This document shows, piece by piece, positions 11,052 to 24,067 of a stretch of DNA of 64,000 nucleotides. A program made the position numbers and the translations under genes. The stretch's first letter is position 1; each line of letters opens with the position of its first letter. Below the pieces are notes generated by a model. The model had not been told where the DNA came from and did not search any database. It saw only the letters and a list, made by a program, of their open reading frames with translations. This DNA comes from Octopus sinensis (Eukaryota): the NCBI RefSeq assembly GCF_006345805.1, contig NC_043012.1:1240001-1304000 (forward strand). Direction: 5' to 3'.

Positions 11052-11185
11052 TTATGTGTCTGTGTTTGTCCCCCCACCATCGCTTGACATCCAATGCTGG
11101 TGTGTTTACATCCCTGATAACTTAGCAGCTTGGCAAAAAAGACCAATAGAATAAGAATTAGGCTTACAAAGAATAAGTCCTAAAG
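10600..11185 (+). mobile_element. SINE family A split by an HHR family 1 element
   Basis: 5' half at 10600-10765, 3' half at about 11020-11185. Confidence 0.85.
10778..10985 (+). mobile_element. HHR family 1 element with an inverted partial copy
   Basis: Decayed plus-strand motif at 10851-10896; minus-strand half motif AAAACUGU CUGACGA ACU GGAA UGU GA at about 10800-10826. Confidence 0.7.
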
Positions 11186-11204
11186 GCAGTGCTGCAGCTT
11201 GACC

Positions 11205-11375
11205 GCAGGTGTATCAGATGCTGGAAAAGAGGTGTACGATCAACAGTGCAAGATACAGTGCTTTGTTGGCCAACAAAAAAAAGCCAGCAATTCATACCAA
11301 ATGCCAAAGAAAGTTTTGTTGTTGCATGGCAAGGCATACCCACACATGACTGCCTAGACCATTGGAACCATTAAC
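11205..11375 (+). mobile_element. mariner transposase remnant
   Basis: Frameshifted TINSARYSALLANKKKPAIHTK..VLLLHGKAYPHMTA matches TVNS..Y...[23 protein letters not shown]. Confidence 0.6.
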
Positions 11376-12049
11376 CAATAGTGCTAAAAGCCTCCAATGA
11401 ATTTTGGTCCCTGACACACCTTCTGACCAGAGAAATCATATCACTGCTCTTAATTCTTGTTTGGTGCACATTGCTAGTGGAGCAGCTTTGCTCCTGAAAG
11501 AGAGAAAGTCAGGAAGAAATATGATGGGATCAGGCTCAAACTTTGACCACGTGACCACAATAGTATCATCTATAAGCACACATGTGCAGAAGGCAGTGTG
11601 ACAATAATAAAGATATGTTATGGTAAAAGTGCGGATAATTTTTTGACTTCTCCTCATGTATGAAGTCAATTCAAATAAACAATCAATTCAAAAAAATTAA
11701 ATAATGAAATTAATAGACAACAAGAGGACATGTACAAGAGATGTATTGGCTTGATGCTCGGTGGAAAGAAGGAGTTTGACATTTCGAGCATATCTCTTCA
11801 TCGGAAAGGAGACAGGGAAAAGTCACACACACACACACACACACACACAAATACACACACACACACACACACAAATACACACACACAAATACACACACAC
11901 ACATACACACATACACACAGACAGACAGACAGACAGACAGACAGAGAAAGATCTGAAAATAATCTAGAACTTTCTCAGAGGTTAGGTGTCAAGGATTATA
12001 CTGAGCAGTTTTTTCCCAGTTTTCAATGCTAGTACTTTATGAATGAAAT

Positions 12050-12127
12050 TTGTGTGGGTGTGTATATGCTTATACATATACATATATATAAATTTATATA
12101 ACTATATATACATAATATATACATATA

Positions 12128-12180
<53 letters not shown>

Positions 12181-12236
12181 TACATATATATACATGTATA
12201 TAAATATATATATGTGTGTATATATATATATATACG

Positions 12237-12273
<37 letters not shown>

Positions 12274-12649
12274 ACACACACAGACACACAGCATTACACA
12301 ATCACTTTATATAAAATTCTGCAATATCCGAACTTTGATGATGGCTCATTCTCTCTAGCTCTTCTTCACTCTTTGTTGCTATCATTGCTGTTACCATTTA
12401 TGCTTTCATTCACACTTATCCCCTCTCCATCTACTTTCACTTTCACCTTAGATATTCAAAATCCCTTCTGTCATTCATTTCTTGCATTCTTGCAAGAGCA
12501 GAATCAATGTCTCTGTAATTGATTGCTATAAATGCACACACATAGGTAATGTGTGCATGCACATGTGTGTGTATATGTGTGTCTATGTATGTATGTATGT
12601 ATGTATGCATGTATGTATGTATCTATCTATCTATCTATATCTATATATA

Positions 12650-12697
<48 letters not shown>

Positions 12698-12884
12698 GTA
12701 TATATATATATGTGTGTGTTTCTGTGTGTACGTGTATATATATATATATGTACATATATATGTATGTGTGCACATACATACATATGCACACATGCACAGA
12801 CATACATATACATACCTTTTGATTTATACATATGTATATATGTACACACATATATATACTCATATATATATATGTATGTAAATG

Positions 12885-12947
<63 letters not shown>

Positions 12948-13032
12948 ACAGCCACACATTATATATGGACTAATATGCAAAGACATGCTTTCTTCTGCAA
13001 CTAAACTAATCGATATGAAAAACCAAAAAGGA

Positions 13033-13076
<44 letters not shown>

Positions 13077-13270
13077 CTTTGTAATGACTTTGGTAAAAAA
13101 AGATTGTAGAAACATTCACAACATACACACTCACAAACACATAAAACTATATACATGCACATATATGCATACATATACACAGACATACATACATGCATGT
13201 ATGTATGTATGTATGTATGTATGTATGTATATAATATATATATATATAGTGAAGTAGGTGTGTATGTGTG
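12050..13270. repeat. Large compound TA/TG/TATG microsatellite field
   Basis: Direct reading. Confidence 0.9.
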
Positions 13271-13918
13271 TTTGTGTATATATTTACGTATGCATACCTT
13301 GTGATTGTATTGCTCATAGTAACCTACTTCTTATATTTTATTCCAAGTTTTTTATATGCGTTTATGCCTCACTCAGGGACCATTACATCAATGAATCTTA
13401 CCAACTCCTCTCTTTTTCATGCATCACACGACTAAACCAACTCCTTCTCCCTCTCTCTCTGTCTCTCTCTCTCTCTCACTCTCACTTTCCCCCCTCTCCC
13501 TCTTTCTCTCACCCTCTAAGTATTCTTTTCTTTCTCTTTCGCTCTGTTTGACTTTCTCATAATCTACATTACATGCTCCTATTCTGCTCTCCATTCTCCC
13601 CCTCTCCCTCTCTATCTCTCTCTGTCACTCCCCTCTCTCTCTCTCTCTCTCTCTCATCTGTTATTTCTATGTGTTTATCAATCTGCTGCTATCAAGCTCT
13701 GGATCCACACTTCATAAAACCAAAGTTGAACTCTGAAAATTTGGTAAATTATAAGAGATATGTCACCATGGCAGGCAAAATTATTTTGTAAACCAGCTCA
13801 ATAAATGTAATTCTTAATTAAAAATATTAAATATCATTTAGTTACTCTTTACCTACATAAATATTATGAATATATTTAATACTTCACAGATGTATATTGT
13901 TAATAGATGAATTATGTA

Positions 13919-13952
<34 letters not shown>

Positions 13953-13958
13953 TATATA

Positions 13959-14000
<42 letters not shown>

Positions 14001-14004
<4 letters not shown>

Positions 14005-14150
14005 TGTGTGGTAAGTAGTTTGCTTACCAACCCCATGGTTCCAGGTTCAGTCCCACTGTGTGGCACCTTGGACAAGTATCTTCTGCTTTAGCCTAGGTCG
14101 AACCAAAGCCTTGTGAGTGGATTTCGCAGATAGAAACTAAAAGAAGCGCA
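14001..14150 (+). mobile_element. SINE family A, 5' half
   Basis: tggctgtgtggtaagtagtttgcttaccaac..gagtggattt. Confidence 0.85.
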
Positions 14151-14283
14151 TCATATATATATTCATATATATTTATATAATGAAATATTTTGACTGAGCA
14201 TGCAAAATATTTAGTAAGTAGTCGACACCCGCAGCTAACAGTTGCATATTATCTTTCTCTTCCAGATCGTGAAAGCTTATCAT

Positions 14284-15090
14284 CAGCATCATTATCATCA
14301 TTGTTTAATGTCCACTTTCCATGCTGGCATGGGTTGGATGGTTTGACTGAGGGTTGGTGATCCAGAAGCTGTACCAGGCTCAATCTGATCTGGCAATGTT
14401 TCTACAGCTGGATGCCCTTCCTAACACCAACCACTCTGAGAGTGTAGTGGGTGCTGTTACGTGCCACTGGCATGAGGGCCAGTCAGGCAGTTCTTATTTC
14501 TTTATTGCCCACAAGGGGCTAAACATAGAGGGGACAAACAAGGACAGACAAAAGGATTAAGTCGATTACATCGACCCCCAGTGCGTAACTGGTACTTAAT
14601 CTATTGACCCGAAAGGATGAAAGGCAAAGTCGACTTCGACAGAATTTGAACCCAGAATGTAACAGCAGATGAAATGCAGCTAAGCATTTTGCTAGGCATG
14701 GTAGTGATTCTGGCAGCTTGCCACCAGAACCGCCAGTCAGGCAGTTCTAGCCACAACCATTCTCAAAAGGTGTTTTTACATGCCACCTGCATGGGAACCA
14801 GTCTGGTGGCACTGGCAACCACCACGCTCAAATGTTGTTTTTCACGTGTCACTGGCACATGTGCCAGCAAGGCAATGCTGGCAATGATCATGCTCGAATG
14901 GTGCTTTCCATATGTCACCAGCACGGGCAGGAGCCAATCCATGGGACTGGCAACGATCATGCTCGAAAGGTGCTTTCCATGTGTCACCGGCACGGGAGCC
15001 AATCCATGGCACTGGCAACGATCACACTCGGAGGTGCTTTTAACGTTCCACTGGCATGAGTACCAATCAGGCAGTACTGTCATTGGACAC
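14284..15090 (-). mobile_element. RTE 3' UTR copy with internal tandem units, split by a family B SINE
   Basis: (CAT)n tail at 14284-14305; repeated tgccactggca..ggcaacgatcatgctcgaa units. Confidence 0.8.
14495..14731 (-). mobile_element. SINE family B (Meta-domain-like) with 17-bp TSD
   Basis: TSD gccagtcaggcagttct at 14478-14494 and 14732-14748. Confidence 0.9.
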
Positions 15091-15151
15091 ATCAGTGATT
15101 TTGATTTGTTTATCATAAAATTTATTCTAAATACAATGAAATTTTAAGACT

Positions 15152-15425
15152 TCATCTTTTTATGGGCATATATAGGTTGTGAAAGGTAGGAGAGTCCAGT
15201 TTGCTGGACATTTTTGTAGAGCTGAAAACGAGGCAATTTCTACTCTTCTCCTCTGGAAGCCATCTACTCGCAATACCACACTCTCCTACCCTGATGTAAT
15301 CTCCAGGGATACAGGCATCCAGCAACAGGACCTCCGTAATGCCATGATGGACCGTGAAGTCTGGCGTAGCATGGTAAATTCCATTGACTCGACCACGGTC
15401 GAACAATGATGAATGATGATGATAG
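15152..15425 (+). mobile_element. 3' end of a second RTE-type LINE with a (TGA)n tail
   Basis: RRVQFAGHFCRAENEAISTLLLWKP..RDTGIQQQDLRNAMMDREVWRSMV, then a stop and tgatga repeats. Confidence 0.75.
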
Positions 15426-15427
15426 GT

Positions 15428-15660
15428 TAAGGGGAATCAGATGTAGTGTAACCGAGAAAGGACTGAGCAGATGCACGCAAGTTTTGTGTATGTAGGATGA
15501 CTGTTGGGTAAAAAAAAAAAAGAATGAAGTGATAGCTTTGAAAGGAATCTGTAGAAAAGGAAAACCAAGGAAGATTTAGGAAGTGGTGTTGTGCATGGGA
15601 AGTTGATCACAGAAGGCAAACCTCATAAAACAGAATGATAAAAGATTGCAACAAGTGGGA
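15428..15660 (+). mobile_element. Degenerate RTE ORF C-terminal fragment
   Basis: LRGIRCSVTEK..CWVKK..KGICRKGKPRK resembles the C-terminus of the 39.5-41.9 kb LINE. Confidence 0.45.
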
Positions 15661-15769
15661 ACATAACTGCACCGGAGAAAAACTTTGTAATCTATGAAGA
15701 GATTTATATACATATATTATATATATATATGTGTGTTGTGTGTGTGTACGTGTGTGTGTGTGTGCATGC

Positions 15770-15817
<48 letters not shown>

Positions 15818-15949
15818 ATGATGATGATGATGATGATTGGAGGGGAAGGAGGGGAGGTGGAAGTGAGAAAATGATAGTGAGAGAAAGGAAGAAATTAAAT
15901 AAGGCATTCACAGAAAGTGAAACAGAAAAAAGAAGGCAAAAGTTTAATG

Positions 15950-16123
<174 letters not shown>

Positions 16124-16225
16124 GAAAGGAAGATGGAGAGGCAGAGAAAGTGAGAGAGAACAACAAATATATATATAGAAAATAAGATAGGGGAAGGAAC
16201 AAATCATGTTAGAAGAGAAAAGTGT

Positions 16226-16268
<43 letters not shown>

Positions 16269-16733
16269 TAATGTCCATGGAACAAGAACTGGAACATGAA
16301 AGCTAAGCAAAACAACTAAACATGACATCCAAGAGTTTGACAAGGTTGAACCTTTGCCGTTTATTTCTGGCTTTGATTCCACTCTAGAATATTAAAAGAC
16401 ATGTCTAAGAACCGAGAACACAGAGTAACCTCAATTTCACTCCAACATGTACTCACATACACACACACACACACACACACACTTAGACACACACACACAC
16501 GCATTCATAATTCTTATTTGACAAGTATTACTCTCCCAAAATGTTATTGATGTCTTGGAAATAAGGAATTCTTTAAAGGATTCCTGCATGTTTATTGCTA
16601 TATTGATTTAACACTAATATTGGTCACCAAGCTTGGGAATGAGCCAATGAAGAAGCGTCTAAGTAATTGCATGGCTCGCTAGAAATAGAAAACAAATTCC
16701 TTAAAATAACACTCACACACACACACTATCTCC

Positions 16734-16771
<38 letters not shown>

Positions 16772-16804
16772 ATGCAATGCCTGCTGTACAGGTATCAATA
16801 ATCA

Positions 16805-17037
16805 AAAGACGGCGAGCTGGCAGAAACGTTAGCAGACCGGGCGAAATGCGTAGCCGTATTTCGTCTGCCGTTACGTTCTGAGTTCAAATTCCGCCAAGGT
16901 CGACTTTGCCTTTCATCCTTTCGGGGTCGATTAAATAAGTACCAGTTACGCACTGGGGTCGATATAATCGACTTAATCCGTTTGTCTGTCCTTATTTGTC
17001 CTCTCTGTGTTTAGCCCCTTGTGGGTAGTAAAGAAAT
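16805..17037 (+). mobile_element. SINE family B, full length, 15-bp TSD
   Basis: TSD aggtatcaataatca at 16790-16804 and 17038-17052; core ggtcgactttgcctttcatcctttcggggtcgattaaataagtacca resembles the Meta domain. Confidence 0.9.
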
Positions 17038-17797
17038 AGGTATCAATAATCATGGACCTCAACACCAAAGTCTAAAGAGCCGTGGTTTTTCTGGGACAAG
17101 ATACAGTAAAGCTTCCTGTTTCCTTCCATCAGTTTACTCTGCTAATCTACTTCTCTTCCAGGCTTGCCTAAAAGTCTGCTACAAGGCACAACACTGAAAT
17201 CTGTTTGAGATTCTTGATGGAAAAATATTTAATCATATCATAAGTCAAAAAAAAATATATTGTTACTATGAACAACAAACACTGAGATAGTTTGAAGCTT
17301 ATTGTTCTTGGACTAGGGATGACAGTATAAGCTGTCAAGATGTTAGCTGGTCATTGGTGTGTTGCTGCTACCATCAATCATTGTTTTTGAGTTGTCATAA
17401 GTGTTCTGGCCAGCTGCTGCTTGTGTTACTGTCTTCTGTGTCCAGTCTGGTGTCTACTGTGTATTGTCTCTCAGTAGTGGCTAAAATGTGCTGAATAGTA
17501 GAGGTCTTGCTCAGAATAAGCATACCATGAATGAAATTGTTTTGTTTTTATTTTGTTTTTTTTAAAATTTTATTTTATCTCCCCCCCTTTTTTTGTCCTC
17601 TTTCTTTCCATTTACAATCCCTTTTGGTAGAAAACCAAACCCCCTTCTTTTACCCCCAAAAGAAAAGCTCTACCTTGTAATTTTGTCCTGTCTGTGTGCA
17701 AACCTGTGTGGCTAATAAAGAAACATATCTAGTTCAACATAAAGTTTTAAATGGTCAGTTTTTTTTTTTTTTTGATGACACTGGTAATGTTCTAGTG

Positions 17798-17994
17798 CAG
17801 TGGTTCCCAAACTTTTTAGAGTCGCAACCCACTATTTATTACACCAGTTTATGACGACCCACTTAACTCAATAGACTATCTCAATAGACAGCAGTTAATC
17901 AAAGTTAATGCGTAATTTTATAACTTTTTGCAACCCACTAAGATTCTGTTTGCAACCCACAGATAGGTCGCGACTCATAGTTTGGGAACCACTG
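17798..17994. mobile_element. hAT MITE (197 bp)
   Basis: TIR cagtggttcccaaac / gtttgggaaccactg; perfect 8-bp TSD ttctagtg at 17790-17797 and 17995-18002. Confidence 0.92.
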
Positions 17995-18517
17995 TTCTAG
18001 TGAATCATGATTATATTCTTGAGTTGTTTTTTTTTTTACATCAGATACAGGGATCTGGATTTGATTGCTAAATATTCCTGCTGCACACTGATTAGGCACA
18101 GGGCTTAACTAACTTTCAAGTAGGAGAACTGTTTCTTGTAACATCAGAGCATGTTCACACATCAGCAGAACTGTGTGACAGATGACAAGAGCCAGCCTAC
18201 CATTGAATTCTGTACACATGTGCCACATGACAATCTTATGCTATTTGACTCACCCAGGATCAGATCATACCTGAGAATAATGATGACTAGAATAACAAAA
18301 CAGAAATATTTCAATATTTTCAAAATTATTTCATCAAATAATAAGGAAAATAATTTTATTCTCAAACATAGGATAATGCTAATAACATAGTATAAACAGG
18401 ATAAACTACTCATATTTTGCAGTAAAATGTGTTGGCAGCTAACCAGGAGACTCGAATTCACATTCCTGTGATTACGCGTCCAGTGCTTTACCTTTAAGCT
18501 AATAACATTTCCTTCTG

Positions 18518-18715
18518 AAGGTGGTGAGCTGATGAAAATGTCAGTACACTGGGCGAAATGCTTAGCAGTATTTCGTCGGTCTTTACATTCTGAGTTCAAA
18601 TTCTGCTGAGGTCGACTTTGCCTTTCATTCTTTCAAGGTCAATAAATTAAGCACCAGTTGCATACTGGGGTAGATCTAATCGACTGCCCCCTCCCCCAAA
18701 ATTTCGGGCCTTGTG
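18518..18715 (+). mobile_element. SINE family B variant with an alternative tail
   Basis: Family B head and core; tail ccctcccccaaaatttcgggccttgtgcctagagtagaa, also seen at 37860-38035. Confidence 0.8.
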
Positions 18716-19580
18716 CCTAGAGTAGAACAGAATAATATTTCCTTCTGACTTTTTTAAATTACTCAACTTTGGTTTCAGTCTTTGGTTAGCAGAATTCAAG
18801 ATTGGCTCTCAAACTGCTTCTGCTTATGTTTTTGAATTCTTCTCTTTCTCTTACAAATAGGTTGTCCACTCCATAATCTGTCTTTAATTCCTCTACATAA
18901 CTCTGAAATCAGTTTTCACTTCTATACCACCTTTAGAATTATACAAGTTCTTTATTTCCACTGTTTTATTTCCAAAGTTTCAATATGATTTGCCAAAGTA
19001 GTTCTCTGGCATTTTTGGCAGTTTTTCTTCCATTTGCTGATCAATTTCTTTGTATTTTGGTTCATTCATTGCAAATCTTAATCTTAGAAATTCTATTTCC
19101 ATGTTCATTTTGTTCAAAGATATATTTGTTCTTGCAATCTTCTTTATTGTTCTGCTTCATCAATTATTGCTTTGATTTGAAGTTAACGAAGTAAAATTAA
19201 TGGCATGAAGTTCAGACATTTTTCATAAATTTCGGCTTTGTTGTTATTTTTGATCATATTCCAAATGGCAGAACCTCCAATATCAAAGTATCACAGTACT
19301 GTTATAATTGATAGTTAAACAGTATTATTTTTATTAATAATGTATATTTTTTTGAAAATATACAAATGAGAAATTTGTTTTACTTAATCTTACTTTAAGT
19401 GAAATCATTTAATTTTCAAAATTAGATTCATTTTGCTACTTTATATCACCACAAAAATTGGAAAATGTAAATTAGTAACTTTACTAGATGTTACCTACAG
19501 TGGCAAGAAAATTTCTCAACTTTCAAACACAGGTCACATGACGATTAGCACATTACTTCAGTACTCATTGTTATTTCCAG

Positions 19581-19790
19581 GCATGGCTATGTGGTTAAAA
19601 AGCTTGCTTACTAACAATGTGGGTGGTCTTGGGTTCAATCCCACTGCACTGCACCTTGAGTCTTTTGCTACAGCCATGGGTCAGTAAAAACTTTGAAAGC
19701 AGATGAGTGGATTTGGTTGATAGAAACTGAAAGCCTTGTGAGTGGATTTGGTAGATGGAAACAGAAAGAAGCCCATCGTATATCCATGTG
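19581..19790 (+). mobile_element. SINE family A, 5' half with a short internal duplication
   Basis: gagtggatttgg..gaaactgaaag occurs twice. Confidence 0.75.
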
Positions 19791-20141
19791 CATGAGTGTG
19801 TATATGGCGGATGTTTTTAATTCTTTTCTAACTTCAATGTTTTATACTTCTGTATTCATACCAAAACCTTTGATAAGTTTGTCTCCTCTCTAGAGAAAAA
19901 GAATGGATGAGAGAGAGAGAGAAGAGGAAATAGATAAACAGAGATGAAGAGAGAGGGATACAGGAGACAGACAGATACTGTGTGAGAGAACAAGTGAAAA
20001 CAGATGAGAAAGTGGCAGATAGACAGGAAGAGATAGAGAGAAAGAGACACACATGGAAAGAGGAAAAGAGTAAGAGAGAGATAGTTGAAGAGAGGGAATG
20101 GAAATGGTTATGCAGATAACAGATAAAATGATATAGATAGA

Positions 20142-20457
20142 AGCACAGGCATGGCTGTGCGGTAAGAAGCTAACTTCCCTACCACATGGTTCCAGGATCA
20201 GTCCCACTGCATGGCACCTTGGGCAATGTCTTCTATTATAGCCTCAGGCTGACCAAACCCTTGTGAGTGGATTTGGTAGACAGAAACTGAAAGAATCTTG
20301 TCAGGCTTGGCTGTGTGGTAAGAAGCTTGCTTCTCAATCACATGGTTCTGGGTTCAGTCCCATTGCATGGCACCTTGGGCAAATGTCTTCTACTATAGCC
20401 TCGGGCCAACCAAAGCCTTATGAGTGGATTTGGTAGATGGAAACTGAAAGAAGCCTG

Positions 20458-20495
<38 letters not shown>

Positions 20496-21225
20496 ATGTA
20501 TGTATGTATGAGTGTATGTATGTATTTATGCATGGGTGTTTATGTCTGTGTTTGTTGCCACCACTATTGCTTGACAACCGATGTTGGTGTGTTTACGACC
20601 CTGTAACTTAGTGCTTTGGCAGAAGAGACCGATAGAATAAGCACCAGGCTTATAGAGAATAAGTCCAGAAGTCAATTTCTTCGAATAAAAGGCAGTGCTC
20701 CAGCATGGCCACAGCCAATTGGCTGAGGCAAGTAAAAGAATACGTGTGTGTGTGTGTCTGTGTGTGTGTGGTGTGTGAGAGTGTGTCTTTGTATCTATCC
20801 CCCACCACTGCCTGACAACCAGTGTTGGTTTATTTATGTCCCTGTAACTCAGCAAAAGAGATTGATAGAATAAGTGAAGGCAGAATCGTTAGCACGCCGT
20901 GCGAAATGAGCGGTATTTCGTCTGCCTTTACGTTCTGAGATCAAATTCCGCTGAGATCGACTTTTCCTTTCATCCTTTCAGGGTCGATAAATTAAGTATC
21001 AGTTACGCACTGGGGTCAATGTAATCGACTTAATCCGTTTGTCAGTCCTTGTTTGTCCCCTCTATGTTTAGCCCCTTGTGGGCAGTAAAGAAATAAGAAA
21101 TAAGAATAAGTGCCAGGTTTTAATAAAATGCAAAAAAAGTTCTGGGGTTGATTCATTCAACTAAAAACTCTTCAAAGTGGTGCTCCAGCACGGCCACAGT
21201 CTAATGACTGAAACAAGCAAAAGAT
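20142..21225 (+). mobile_element. Stacked family A copies with a nested family B copy (20877-21095)
   Basis: Family A 5' half, a full family A copy, a further 3' half and a family B copy. Confidence 0.8.
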
Positions 21226-21689
21226 AAAAGATATGTAAAGAGAGAAAGGTGGCGAGAGGGAAAAACTAGTCAGGTGGATAATAAGAGAGAGACAGAGAGA
21301 GTAAAGGAGGGAGGGAGAGAGAGGGAGAGAGAGAAAGAGAGAGAGGGAGAGAGAAAGAGAGTGAGAATGGGAGGGAGGGAAAGAGAGTGAGAGAGAGATT
21401 CATGGTAATGATGGCTGTAAATTTTCCGATATTTTTATTGCCCTATCATCCTGAGACAAATTTATGAGTGTGAATCATAATTGCTGTTTATGACAGCAAC
21501 TTTTCAGGAATATAAAAAAGAAAACGGTGCCTGTTGCCAAAATTCTCCAAGAACCAGTTTAAGTATTTGGAGTGGTTTTCATCTCAATAATTTTTTAAAT
21601 GCTTCAAAGAGCTGATGGAACTGATAGAAATGTTGGTCAGTTATGCTGTATTTTCTGGTATACCCATCGTCAAGTATTGAGTAAACGTC

Positions 21690-21911
21690 CTCTTTTTCTC
21701 TTTTTACTTGTTTCAGTCATTTGACTGCGGCCATGCTGGAGCACCGCCTTTAATCGAGCAAATCGACCCCTGGACTTATTCTTTGCAAGCCCAGTACTTA
21801 TTCTATCGGTCTCTTTTGCTGAACTGCTAAGTGACGGGGACATAAACACACCAGCATCGGTTGTCAAGCAATGCTAGGGGGACAAACACAGACACACAAA
21901 CACACACACAT

Positions 21912-21957
<46 letters not shown>

Positions 21958-22130
21958 TATATATATGACAGGCTTCTTTCAGTTTCCGTCTACCACATCC
22001 ACTCACAAGGCTTTGGTCGTCCTGAGGCTATAGTAGAAGATACTTGCCCAAGGTGCCACGCAGTGGGACTGAACCCGGAACCATGTGGTTGGTAAACAAG
22101 CTACTTACCACACAGCCACTCCTACACCTA
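21690..22130 (-). mobile_element. SINE family A, full length
   Basis: Sequence match to family A. Confidence 0.9.
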
Positions 22131-22359
22131 TACATGCAGTGTAATCGTTCAAATATCTTCACTATCATTCCAATGCCAGCAGTATTTCACATGGAATTTT
22201 CGGTCATCCAATGACAATTTGGTGTATAAGTTGACCTTCCTTTTTTCATTGTAAATTTCGGTGAAAATTCAGCCTATGAGCCAGAAAATTTGGTATAAGC
22301 TGTAAGTGAAAGAGGAAAGCAAAGAAATTTTTAGAAAGTAATCAAAATCAAAATCAAAC

Positions 22360-22846
22360 CAAATCAAATCAGATATCAGAAAGCAGAACCAAAATCGAAG
22401 TCGATCAACATCAATGGAAATTGCAGCTGTGATACCAGTGCCGGTGACAAGTAAGCGAACCATCCGATCATGGCCGTTGACAGCACCGCCCTGACTGGCC
22501 TCCGCACCGGTGGCACGTAAAAAGCACCATCCGATCGTGGCCATTGCCAGCCTCGCCTGGCCCCCGTGCCGGTGGCACGTAAAAAGCACCATCCAATCAT
22601 GGCCATTGCCAGCCTCGCCTGGCCCCCGTGCCGGTGGCACGTAAAAAGCACCATCCGTCCGTGGCCGTTTGCCAGCTCCATCTGGCACTTGTGCGGATGG
22701 CACGTAAAAAGCACCCACTACATTCACGGAGTGGTTGGCAGATCAGACTGTGCCTGATGCAGCCTTCAGGCTTCACAGACCCCAGTTGAACCGTCCAACC
22801 CATGCTAGCATGGAAAGCGGACGCTAAATGATGATGATGATGATGA
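22360..22846 (+). mobile_element. RTE 3' UTR copy with tandem units of about 55 bp
   Basis: atggaaattgcagctgtgatacc matches the LINE UTR at about 39820-39850; ends ggacgctaaatgatgatgatg. Confidence 0.85.
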
Positions 22847-23123
22847 TTTTCTACTCAGATGGGATCTTAGTTGTTTGAGACATCAAACTGCAGAGAATGC
22901 TTTGGAATAAAAATGTCTATCCTCACCAGCTGTCATGAATGTTGAGAAATGGCCAAAAATGTATGACTGTGAGTACATGTTGCTGAAGTAGGGTTCCTTC
23001 AAAGGGTTTCTGAAGTAATGTTACTTAATAGGATGCGTAGCTTGGAAATCAGGGCTGAATGTTGTTGTAGCTTGGATCTCCAGGTTGATCCATAAATCAG
23101 CATTGAAAAGTCAAGGCTTCAGT

Positions 23124-23238
23124 AGTACTATGGACATGTGGTGCAAATGTTACAGGAAAGAATTGCCAGACAGATTCTTCAAGCTGAGCTAACCAGTAGG
23201 AGACCTAGAGGTAGAACAAGAACAAAATGTTTAGATAA
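23124..23238 (+). mobile_element. RTE-type LINE ORF C-terminal fragment
   Basis: YYGHVVQMLQERIARQILQAELTSRRPRGRTRTKCLDN. Confidence 0.7.
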
Positions 23239-23239
23239 T

Positions 23240-23414
23240 GGCGGTGTGGTAAGTAACTTGCTTACCAACCACATGGTTCTGGGTTCATTCCCACTTTGTG
23301 GCACCTTGGGCAAGTGTCTTCTTCTATAGCTTCGGGCCGACCAAAGCCTTGTGAGTGGATTTGGTAGATGGAAACTGAAAGAAGCTCATCATATATATGT
23401 GTATATATATATAC

Positions 23415-23460
<46 letters not shown>

Positions 23461-23709
23461 GTGTGTGTGTGTGTGGTGTGTGTGTGTGTGTGTGTATGTT
23501 TGTGTGTCTGTGTTTGTCCCACCAACATCGCCTGACAACAAATGCTGGTGTGTTTACATCCCCGTAACTTAGCAGTTCAGCAAAAGAGACTGATAGAATA
23601 AGTACTAGGCTTACAAAGAATAAGTCCTGGGGTCGATATGCATAACTAAAGGTGGTACTCCAGCATGGCCGCAGTCAAGTGACTGAAACAAGTAAAAGAG
23701 TAAAAGAGT
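23240..23709 (+). mobile_element. SINE family A, full length
   Basis: Sequence match to family A. Confidence 0.9.
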
Positions 23710-24067
23710 ACCCAAAGTCTCAATTGGTCAGCTTAGGAATACAGTAGGAAAGTCTAATGACAGTTGCTTCTGATAGGACCCTATGGAGGAGATGCCTGAG
23801 AATTCTACCCCTATGGCACACCCAGGAATACTGGACTGCAAAAAGGGGTGGATGGATAGACAAAGCATCTAATTATTTATTTCTGTTAATCAAAAGAAAC
23901 CCATTTTAATTTATACAGTTCTCATTATTACTGGCCCCAATTTTGGATATCCTGCTTAATTCGCTTCTACCCACTTGTTGGTAAAATCAATGAAAGTGGT
24001 GTATTTGAAATTGGAACGAGTATTAATTGTATAATTTGGTGTTACTCATTTGTTTGTTTTATACCAT

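Noticed and set aside
22440-22715. CRISPR-like array
   Set aside because: The units are tandem without unique spacers, lie inside a LINE 3' UTR, and the context is eukaryotic.
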